Positions 25,961 through 36,160 of a stretch of 64,000 bases of DNA are shown here, piece by piece (the stretch's first letter is position 1; every line of letters begins with the position of its first letter). The notes beneath the pieces are model-generated. The model ran no database searches. It was given only the letters and a program-made list of their open reading frames with translations, and had not been told where the DNA came from. The translations under genes and the position numbers were made by a program. This stretch comes from Podarcis pityusensis (lineage: Eukaryota), in NCBI GenBank assembly GCA_964106645.2, contig OZ067041.1; one strand, written 5' to 3'.

Positions 25961-27716
25961 CATTACTATTATTTAGTACTTCATCACCATCATGTCTGCT
26001 TCAGACGAAAGTAATATTCTACATATAGTTTCCATTCCAGTTATTAAGTGGCATAGTATTAGAAAAACCATTGTCACATATTTCCACCTGGAACTTTGTG
26101 ATTGGAAGCACAGAGATGTTTATAAGAACAGTCTCTTGAAATAATCTGTTATTTGTTCGTTCATTTCATTTCATTTATTCCAAAGTGATTAACAAATATT
26201 TGTGACTTCTTTCTATGCATATGTGTTTGGGATATCTGGTAGAAAATTCATGACATTTGTAAAGTGGTGATATAAGTTACTTTAAACCAGGTTCCAAGAA
26301 AGAAGCATTCAAGAAGTCAGATAAGACCACTGATAGGAAAAAATGTTTTAGGTTTTATATTTTCATATTTCATTTTATGGCTTTTGTATTTTTCAAGCTG
26401 TTCAGAGTATGCAGAAAGTCATGAGCTTGCACTCAATCAGTCATTTTAACTCAGTCCAATAGTGCCTGGATTTGCAGGTGGGATTCAATCATATACCAGC
26501 AATTTCAGGGTCCACAGTTGGGCACTCTTATGCAACAAACCCTCTTCCCCCATAAATTGGACTTTTGCAGCAAGGAAAGTGATGGGGAAATGAATTACCT
26601 TTATATAGAATTATAACATTAATGTTGCTGAAGCTAACCCAAAATAATTTACTCCAAAGAACAGAAGATATTATTTTGCAAAAGCTTTTGCAGCACATAT
26701 AATTTAAGTTCCTGCTGATGTTCTTCCTGTGCTATTGAAACAAGGCCAAATAAAACAGGCAAAGAAATAGAGCAGCTGTATGCTGCAAAGAAAGTTGGGC
26801 TGAATACTAGACCTTTTCAAGTGGAGTATTTCTTTTCTTTTTCCACTAAAAGAACATCATGGTTATCTTAACTTTACGAATGTTCTGCTATTGTTACAGA
26901 AGTTCATAGATTTGCCTGTGAGAAGAAGACATTTCATTCTTTTTCAATATCATCTGAAGAACTGCCCACAACTTATTTATATAGTGCAATTGACCACTCA
27001 TCCCTCCCCCCTTTTCAATTAATGTGAGTGGCCTGTTTTCATGAACATGGTGATGTGTTATTTGAGAATGAAAGGAATGGCACAAGAGCAAGCTTTCAGG
27101 ATAGAGTACTTCCCTGACCTTAATGATACATATGCCCCTTATCATCTTGACCAACTGAAACTAATGGGAGAGTAAGACTGCAATCCATATTAATCTTACC
27201 TGGGAGTGAGTCACATTGAAGTCAATAAGGCTTACTTCTGAGTAAGCATGCATATTATTGCACTGCCGATCATTATATTTAGAGGGTCCAGAAGTTCTTG
27301 TGTTCTGTAAATGTGTGAGAAATAGACTGCTTCTATAGGTTTCTAGGCTCTTCATTAACAGTAAAAAGTAAAAGATACTGCTCACAAATAAGCCAATAAT
27401 ATAAAGAGCATAAAGTCAATAATGTGTGATTAGATGAACAATGCAGAAAGTGTTTGCTTCATATTCTAAAACCCACCTTTGCTCTTTTCATATCAGGATC
27501 TCAGAGGACTTTATAAAAAGATGTGTTTATAATGAGCTATTGTTAGAACCTGAAATCAGGGTGGCCTTTGTCAAACCACTAGACTATATGAGTAATGACT
27601 CCTGAGTTTTATTCCCATCTTTGCCTTTGACACACCATCATATTTATTCATCTGTAAAATGGAAATCATACTCCATGGTATTCTAAAGCAGCACATCTTG
27701 CATCTAACTCATAACT

Positions 27717-27963
27717 TTAATTTGCTGACTTGTGCCTTAGCCATTCACCCACTTCTTCGATTCTCTTTGAGCTCATCAACTGGATATAATGCATATGGCA
27801 CAAATAATACTGTGCAGGTTTCAAGAGCTCGCTGTGAAGTGACTTGGCAAATTCCCAGACACTTGCAACTGGTGAAGAGGGAAGGGCGTGATGGAGAGGA
27901 GGGTGAAGGTGTAGGATGTGGCGGGGTGGTGGTTGAAGATGAACTGGTTTTTCATACAGATGC
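27717..27963 (-). CDS. Candidate terminal coding exon (exon 3) of an unrecognised 120-aa protein
   Basis: Acceptor GCTTTCCCCAG|G, 81 open codons HLYEKPVHLQPPPRHILHLHPPLHH...EWLRHKSAN*, and minus-strand AATAAA at 27643-27648 and 27608-27613. Confidence 0.35.
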
Positions 27964-28058
27964 CTGGGGAAAGCCCAGACAAATTAATATTCAGAAAATA
28001 TTCAGAAATATTCAGAAATATAATATATAATATTCAGAAAATAACTCCAGTGTAAATA

Positions 28059-28300
28059 CAGTGGTACCTCAGGTTACATACTCTTCCAGTTACATACGCT
28101 TCAGGTTACAGACTCTGCTAACCCAGAAATAGTGCTTCAGGTTAAGAACTTTGCTTCAGGATGAGAACAGAAATCGTGCTCCGGCAGCACAGCGGCAGCG
28201 GGAGGCCCCATTAGCTAAAGTGGTGCTTCAGATTAAGAACAGTTTCAGGTTAAGAACGGACCTCCGGAACGAATTAAGTACTTAACCCAAGGTACCACTG
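28059..28300. mobile_element. Tc1/mariner-type MITE with TA target-site duplication
   Basis: TA|CAGTGGTACCTC...AAGGTACCACTG|TA. Same family as 42212-42461 in the opposite orientation. Confidence 0.92.
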
Positions 28301-29862
28301 TAATGCCAGAGTAATATCCTAGAGTCCACATCCACTGGAGGGCCTGTATGCAAGTGAAAACCCTATAATCTCCCTATTTGCATTTATAAGTACCGTACTT
28401 CAAGCAGCAGCCTTGCAACTAGCCCCTGTGGTACCATTCTTATGAAGTGGTTTGTGTTTTCCTACGGCTGAAAGGGTCTCAGCCACTTGGTTGCTCAGAC
28501 CCAAGTACAATAACAGGAGAAAGAGCCACTTTGCCCAGAATATGGCAAGCCTTTGGAAAGTGGAAGAGCATTGCCCATTTTCTCTCCCTCCTGCTTTCAA
28601 GCCATGGGTGAGCAACCCATGACTGAGCAGAGGGGTACAAGGGCTAAACACGGCAACAGTGCTTTCTGGAGGGAAAGGTTTTTTTTTTTATGGGCACTCC
28701 AGGAAACAGAGGGCTCACTAGGAAATTATGGAGAGCCGCAAGGGTCCTTTTTTAATTGTATAGAAAGGCAGGGGAAAAGGACACCAGCTGGGTTTGAGAA
28801 TTCACGATGCTTTTATAAAAGGAAAAGACAATGTGATGGGGCCAAAGCTCAGTATCAGATCACATATTTGGCATGTCTGAAACACAGAGAGCTGCTGCCA
28901 GTCAGTGTACACAGTACTGAGCTAGATGGAATCAGTATAATACAACTTCCTGTGTTCCTAAACCAATGAAAGCTGTAACTATTTTTTAAAACTACAGAAC
29001 AGGGGGTGGAGAAAATCCTCTTCATAAACTCAATCAAAGTGAGTACAACATCTCCCATGAAAAATTTCAAGGGAATTTCTGCCCCTCAGCCAGGCTCCAG
29101 AGGCAATTTCTTTTTATATCCCACCCCATGAATTGCACTAGTTATAACTTAATATCAGCTGCAAACATGAAGTTACCATGCATCCAAACACAATTAAGAA
29201 AACATCTTAGCATGCTTTGGATACCTGATTGTCCTGGAAGACTGAGATCACTTGGGGGCATTTCATATAAAATATTCAAGATGGAGGGATTTCACAGCCT
29301 TACGAAATCATCTTGTGAAAAGGGGAATTATCTAGGTGGCATGTCATTGGAAGGGCCACAACATAGACCAGTGATGGCATTGTGAATAAATGCAATGAAA
29401 ATTGTGTTTCGGTGTCTGAAAGAAGAGTCTAGTGCTGAGAAAAGAAACCCTGAAAGTTTTTTCAAAGTTGAGTGAGGCACAATGTGAGAATTAAGAGAGT
29501 GTTAAATCAAAGCCTCACCATGACATCGAAAGCTGCTGGAGAGATAGAACACCAAAGGAGATGGCATTCTTCCTGGAGACCTTTGAAGCAGAACAATTCC
29601 TTTTAATAGTCACCTTGCCTACAGGTTTTAACAATAGTTCAGCGTGCAGCTGCAGTCTGTAAACTTTCTCTGACAAGTGTCACCAGTAACTTTGGAGCAT
29701 CCATTCCCCCCCCCCCTTGCATTCAAAATCTGGGCCAGCAGATAAGACATTTACTCTTTTTAATGGTTAAGAAATTTGACTATAAAAATAGCTATATTTT
29801 CTTTCCTCACTTGCAAGATTTTCTTGCCCTATTGCATGCCTGAGAAAATGAGCATCACTTAC

Positions 29863-29966
29863 TTGATAAATGGGTTACAAGTGACAAGTATTGGACAAGA
29901 AAAGGTAACAAATACAGATTCAAAGAGAAGTTGGAATCTCAGCAGACCATAAAAAGAATAGAGATT
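29863..29966 (-). CDS. Candidate internal exon (exon 2, 104 nt)
   Basis: Strong acceptor TTTTCTTTCCATACAG| and donor CAA|GTAAGT. Open in phase 0 as NLYSFYGLLRFQLLFESVFVTFSCPILVTCNPFI and ends in phase 2, matching the open frame of 27717-27963. Confidence 0.45.
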
Positions 29967-30241
29967 CTGTATGGAAAGAAAATCCAGTATAGTATATAAT
30001 TTTGAAGAAAACATTATCCAGATATATACACTAGGCTTTATAACACATTTTCACAAAACTGGGAAGGTATATGAAGGTCTGGTCATATGTTCAGACAAAT
30101 TAATGTTAGATTCTTAGATATCCCCAAGAGAAAAGAAAAATCTAGTGTACAGAACAGACTGTATTTTATGAACCTTCTTGCAGAAGAAACAATACAAAGC
30201 AACCTTGAGCACTTGCATGATGTGTTTTTGGTGGCACATTT

Positions 30242-30255
30242 CCACCAGGAGGTGT
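30242..30255 (+). promoter_or_regulatory. CTCF-like motif (forward)
   Basis: CCACCAGGAGGTGT compared with the core consensus CCASYAGRKGGCRS. Confidence 0.4.
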
Positions 30256-30894
30256 ATCAGAAAGAGCCACCAGGGTGGTCTGAATCCAGAACATGGCTGC
30301 CAGAGCATGGTCAGGTCTGAATCTGAATAAAGAGGTCACTTTTCTTACCAGGTGACAATTAAACCTGCAAGTAAATTGAGTACAATGATGGATCCATGAA
30401 TGTCCCAAAAGCAGTTAGCCAAAGTGATGTAAAATGGTCAGATGCCATCAGTGACTAAGGAACCCATTCTTTCAAAGCTTAAGGACCTGCCAACCACCAT
30501 TAATCCAGTTTTGCCTAGATTAGGCCAGTGTGTGTGTGTACCACTATTCTGTGCTTTGAATATCTATCATCTCAGTTAGAACCCCAAAAAGTGAATGTGG
30601 GAGAGAGGAAATATATAGTAATAGAAGTTAGATCAGGATCTCATCCCCTCACAAACTCCATTGTCACATAAAACAACCAGGAAAATTTGCCTGAGTTCTA
30701 CATTATCTATTCTCCTCTGCTACTGAGCTCCAGTTAGAACTGCACACCACCAGTTTTACCCCAGTCTCCAATTCCAAACCACTTCATAAGAATGTTTAAA
30801 GTGATAGAAGGTAGCAGGATGGTATCAACTGTATAAAGAAGAATCTCTGAAAAAATAGAGTCCTTACTAAGGAGACCATTTTGTGGGTTCTTAC

Positions 30895-30906
30895 CATATT
30901 ATTCAT
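30895..30906 (-). CDS. Candidate first coding segment (MNNM) ending at a splice donor
   Basis: CTGCA-ATGAATAATATG|GTAAGA. Purine at -3; phase 0 joins exon 29863-29966 in frame. Confidence 0.3.
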
Positions 30907-31023
30907 TGCAGAGCTCCCTTAAAGGGCTATCCAGCTAAATTTTATTAAAAGACAGTGGAGCAGTGGTCATGTCACAAGTGGAGGGTTGAATCAGAATGGT
31001 GATAGCTTTACCCATAGAAAGAG

Positions 31024-31180
31024 CTTTATATTTCCACAAAATATGAAATACAAATCAGAAGAGGTGGGGTGAGGGTGTATGTCTGCATCTCTTGGGCCAT
31101 TTGAGGCTGGTCCATCAAGGTGAATGGGGCACCACCTCACCAATCTCAATCTGCTCTCAGCCAGCTCGCACCCGCCCAAT
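31024..31180 (-). promoter_or_regulatory. Candidate Pol II promoter (TATA box, two CCAAT boxes, GC box)
   Basis: TATAAAG on the minus strand at 31024-31030, CCAAT at 31140-31144 and 31176-31180, CCCGCCC at 31171-31177. Confidence 0.3.
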
Positions 31181-31622
31181 TTCTCACGACCAGTTCAGGA
31201 GGTAGCACAGCATGTCAGCTGTCTTCTCTTTGGCCTCAGTATTGCCATTGTAGAACTTTGCAGGGAATATGATGGCTCAAAAACTAGAGTTAGTTATCTC
31301 TGCCCTTGGCAGTGGCTCAAACTAATAGTGGGCTCCCTGCCTTCTACCTTACCAGCTGCCACTGGCTTGAGTTTGAATTCTGGTAGGTGAGGAAGCACTG
31401 CACACCAGAACGGTGTAATACCTCATGTTCTTTAATGGTGTTAGAATTAAAGCAATACATCACTGCATTCAGATTTAAAAGCTGCAGTGGCAGCCTTAAT
31501 TACTTGGTTAGAAAACAAACCGCTTCATTCAGCTTCAGACCTCCATGTGGTCATTCATTCCATTGTCACCTCAAAAACCTGGAATATATGCTGCAGCCTC
31601 CAGCTGATACACAATATGCTGA

Positions 31623-31637
31623 TGCACCCCCTGGTGG
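31623..31637 (-). promoter_or_regulatory. CTCF motif (reverse)
   Basis: Minus strand reads CCACCAGGGGGTGCA, one mismatch from the canonical CCACCAGGGGGCGC. Confidence 0.6.
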
Positions 31638-32106
31638 GAATGTGTCACCAAAAACACATTACAAGTTTGCTGCAAATAGCCTGTAATATCTGCTGCCATC
31701 CTTCAGCCATCGCCTGCATATTAGTCCTCATTCTATTATGAGCTGGCAGCCCAGGGAAGCTGTAAATCAGAAGCGAATCGTCCTGCTGACTGCTGAGCTC
31801 AGGAATCAAGCTGACCACTGAGCAGAGCAGGCCTTTTCCTATGGTAAGACCAAGAGCAGTGAATAACTCTTGCTTTGAAAACTGTGTCATCCCAAACTGC
31901 CTTTCGCCATACGTTGAGGTGCACAGATTTACCGTGACACTTACAGATGAATAATTGTTTTCAGTAAAAATGGATTTGAGGAGAACAAGAACAGGAGACA
32001 GACGTTTAGGCAGGCTGCAGTTTGGGAAGTACATACAGGGCTCTTTCCACCTGAGCTCTAAGACAGTTAGCATCATGTATTGACATTGGCATATCTTATA
32101 ACATAT

Positions 32107-32698
32107 GAAGAAGAAGCGTTTGGATTTGATTTCCCGCTTTATCACTACCCTTTCGTTGTTGTTTAGTCGTTTAGTCGTGTTTGACTCTTCGTGACCCCAT
32201 GGACTAGAGCACGCCAGGCACTTCTGTCTTCCACTGCCTCCTGCAGTTTGGTCAAACTCATGCTGGTAGCTTCGAGAACACTATCCAACCATCTCGTCCT
32301 CTGTCGTCCCCTTCTCCTTGTGCCCTCCATCTTTCCCAGCATCAGGGTCTTTTCCAGGGAATCTTCTCTTCTCATGAGGTGGCCAAAGTATTGGAGCTTC
32401 ACCTTCACGATCTGTCCTTCTAGTGAGCACTCAGGGCTGATTTCCTTAAGAATGGATAGGTTTGATCTTCTTGCAGTCCATGCAGTACATCACTACCCTA
32501 AGGAGTCTCAAAGCGGTTAACATTCTCATTTCGCTTCCTCCCTCACAACAAACACTCTGTGAGGTGAGTGAGGCTGAGAGACTTCAGAGAAGTGTGACAA
32601 CCCCAAGATCACCCAGCAGCTGCATGTGGAGGAGTGGGGAAGTGAACCCGGTTCACCAGATTACAAGTCCATTGCTCTTAACCACTACATCACACTGG
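32107..32698 (-). mobile_element. Squam3-like SINE split by a BovB/RTE insertion
   Basis: Reverse complement of the 2052-2292 SINE, in two pieces (32107-32151 and 32489-32698). Confidence 0.88.
32152..32488 (-). mobile_element. 5'-truncated BovB/RTE LINE with 11-bp target-site duplication
   Basis: ORF KLQYFGHLMRREDSLEKTLMLGKMEGTRRRGRQRTRWLDSV...WRALVHGVTKSQTRLND* is the BovB ORF C-terminus, with a (CAA)-type tail. ATCACTACCCT is duplicated at 32141-32151 and 32489-32499. Confidence 0.95.
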
Positions 32699-32705
32699 CT
32701 CTGTT

Positions 32706-32900
32706 GGAAGAGGCTGTTGGATCAAATCCAGCATCCTATCCTCACAGTGGCCAACCAGATGCCTCTGGGAATCCTGCCAGCAGGACCCGAGCACAAAAAC
32801 ATCACCACCCCTTTTCTGTGGTTTCCAGCAACTGGCATTCAGAAGCATTACTGTCTCCAGCTGTGGAGGCATAACATCAGCATCAAGGCTAGTAGGCACT
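32706..32900 (-). mobile_element. CR1 3' UTR fragment
   Basis: TCCAGCATCCT...CACAGTGGCCAACCAGATGCC...GGTTTCCAGCAACTGG.ATTCAGAAGCATTACTG, reverse of 11120-11372. Confidence 0.85.
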
Positions 32901-35405
32901 GTGAATAAAGCCAACCCCCTAATATTCCAAACTGAATAAATAGTGAGACTTGAAAAATAATAAATAAAACGATCCAGAGATTGATTTGCTGGAGAAGAAA
33001 AAGATACATGTTTACCGTGACCTTAACTACCTGTGCTTAAGGAGAATTGTGCCATTAGTTGTTCTTCTCCTATCCCTGTCTATATTTGAGATGCTCTTGT
33101 TTAGCAAATATGAGTCTTGGTGTTTGAAAAACCTATACTTCAATTTGTGAGTATAAAAAAAAATGAATCCCAATGTCATTTGATGTCAAAGGATTTAACA
33201 CACTGCACATTAGCCAGTTGTCTAATGAAGGATGTGGTAAAGGGAGTCACAGAGAAACTCATTAAGACTGTCAAGAAACCTCTTGTAAGTTTTGAATGGT
33301 TCAGCACACAAATGGGGATGGTTTGTGGTCTATCAAAATGTATTACAGAAGCCCTGATTTAGTAAGCCAACACACACGAAGGAAGCCTGTTTTGGTATTA
33401 AGTGGTAATTGGCATAAAATAATATAAAAATTAATTAATAAACAAGAGTTCAGGGTCACATCAATGTCCTCCTGCCTTCTCAGGACAATTACCTCCCCTC
33501 TTCCCTGCCAGGAAGAAGAGCACCACGGTGGAATCTGGGTATGGCATCAGCCCACCACGAGGTGTGGGGTAACTGGAGCTTGAAAGGGAGGATACAGCTT
33601 GTTTGCCCAGGCTGTACACCCAGGGTATTTCTGAGATGGCTTGAAATGCTTTTGTTCAGACTAATGCAGTTCTCCATCAGACTCACAATAAAGACAGGGA
33701 TGAGTCTGACACCATCTTTATACATTCTACAGTGAGGCCTATCTGCAAAGCAAAGCTGTTTTGCTCAGCAGGGGGGTGGTTTGGTGTATTAATTTAGAGG
33801 AAATTGCCAGCACTGATTGAGATGGATTTAGAAGAGGATAGACAAATTTAATGATGATGGCTTGAAAAAAAGAAATTGTTTAATGGTTCTAAAGGTGGAT
33901 ACAGATTTAAAGAAAATTGTTCTGTTTTTCCCCTGTGTGCAAAGGTGCTAATTAACATTGTTTTTTTTTCCTAAGTGTCTCCTTCCTTTTCAGCAGGAGC
34001 CCTGCTAGTTTCATTTTATAGCTCTGTAGCTGTAGAAACAGCAAAAAGTTTGTTTCCAAGTAAACTGATTTTCATATTCATAGTATAATTCATGGATATC
34101 ACATTTCACAGGAGAAGATTACAAGGTTTTTTCTTTTTGTGGTTTATAGTTGGCTGTCCTAGACTTCTAGATCTTCTTTTCGATTAGCTGGGAGTGCAAT
34201 GTGTTGAGTATTGGAGTGACCCAGAACCTTACCCTACATAGAAAGTTGAACTGATTTTTTTTCTAAGATTAAAATAACGTATTGAAAGGGGCATTTAACT
34301 AGCGGTTACTACCAGTTTTAAATACCTTCTCGGTGTGTTATCATAATCTGAAAAGGTAAAAATTAGTAATCCATAATTGCTAGCATAATGACAGCTATTA
34401 GTAATAACTAGTTCTCACAGTCAAAACAGGACTTTCGGCTAATTGGTTAAGTCAAAGCTTGACAGGAACCAAAACCCTTTCCATTTTGTTGCGGTCTGGA
34501 AGCAAAGAAAACCTCTAAACTAAAACAGTGAACATAAGACTGTTCCAACCTTTCGTGCAAAAACCTAGAGCCAATTCATATGTAGGCTGCACATTAATTC
34601 ACACATGAAAGTGGATTCCATTGAGTTTTGAACATGTAAAATGGCCTGTTGGCTTGGAAATTTAAAATACATCAAGCCTTGGAGAAAACAGATCCCAACT
34701 GATTTAAATCATACTTTAGAAGCCAAATAGGTTGTGCCATTCTCTGCATTGATATTTGCACCTTGATGTTGAAAACCTTAGAATAATAATGTCATCCAGG
34801 TCCAAGCAAACAATTCTATCAGAGGAGCTGTTTCATTTTATTTCATCCCTTTCCATTCACTGCCTGCAACCAAATAATTTTTGATTGTACCTGCATAGAC
34901 ACATAGCTGTTCATTGTACCAGTTCCTAGGTTATTGTGTCAAAAAGGAGATAGGATGCATATGTAGACAAACAATTTTCTCACCTAAACACTGTTTTAAA
35001 ATAGATGGTGCATTTATTAGATATAGTCCTACTGGTGTCCCTATTCAACTTTCCAAGCTTCACAGAGCTATCCTTCGGGTGGGTTAATGACATCTTTCAC
35101 ATTCTGCCAGGGTTGGATCTGATAAAAGATTCCTGCTTTTTTTCTTTGTGTTTCCCATTGTTTGGTGCTAACATGATGGATGCTAAATACCTTCTAAAAT
35201 AGGGTTATATCAAGGCACCTAAACAAGCATATTCTGCAACTGTTGTCAGTCACAGAAAATGAAGCATCGAACTCCAGCAAGTTTTCCTTGCAATGTTAAG
35301 AAATGAAAAAACCAAAACACCAACCAATGCCTTTTGATGTTGTCAATACAGCTATTGCATAAACAAAGAAGGGTCAACATTATTAATAAGCATAACATTT
35401 TCGTG

Positions 35406-35620
35406 GCAAAGGGGCTGTAAGGATGATCATGAAACGAATGATAGAGGATCAGCATTTCCTGAAGAGCATATTTTGAACTAATCTCATGCATACTTATTAA
35501 TGAGAGTATTTTAACCAGTGTAACCTATTAGTAGCAAAAGGGCTGTAAGGATGATGATACGATGAATGATGGAGGATCAACATTTCCTGAAGAGCACATT
35601 TTGAGCTAATCTCATGCATA
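35406..35620. repeat. Diverged tandem duplication, period about 128 bp
   Basis: 35406-35492 and 35534-35620 share GGGCTGTAAGGATGAT...GAGGATCA.CATTTCCTGAAGAGCA.ATTTTGA.CTAATCTCATGCATA. Confidence 0.9.
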
Positions 35621-35804
35621 ATTTACTTCAAAGCAGGGGCAATCTGTAGAAAAGGTGTACAAATCAATGCAAGTATCTGCAGCAGCTTCTTCACAGGGCA
35701 TGAGCTGGCTGTAATTAAAGACCGGTGGGAGTCTTGCTCCAAATTCTAAGTTTATATTCTGATCATAAATATTTGCTGTTTGTCCAAACACGTACATGCT
35801 TTTA

Positions 35805-36160
35805 CAGTGGTGCCTCGCAAGACGAAATTAATCCGTTCCGCGAGTGTCTTCGTCTAGCGGTTTTTTCGTCTTGCGAAGCAACCCTATTAGCGGCTTAGCG
35901 GATTAGCGCTATTAGCGGTTTAGCGGCTATTAAAGGCTTAGCAGCTTAGCGGCTTAGCTGCTAAAAGGCTATTAGCGGCTTAGCGGCTTAGAAAAAGGGG
36001 GGGGGAAGCGAAAAAAAATCTCAAGACTCCCAAGACATTTTCATCTTGCGAAGCAAGCCCATAGGGAAATTCGTCCTGCGAAGCGCATCGAAAAACAGAA
36101 AACCCTTTCATCTAGCGGGTTTTCCGTCTTGCGAGGCATTCGTCTTGCGGGGCACCACTG
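35805..36160. mobile_element. Tc1/mariner-type MITE with internal TTAGCGGC-like tandem repeats
   Basis: TA|CAGTGGTGCCTCGCAAGACG...CGTCTTGCGGGGCACCACTG|TA. CpG-rich, so probably young. Confidence 0.92.

Noticed and set aside
35885-35990. Short TTAGCGG(C) tandem array resembling telomeric or CRISPR-like repeats
   Set aside because: Internal to a mariner-type MITE, no unique spacers and not TTAGGG.
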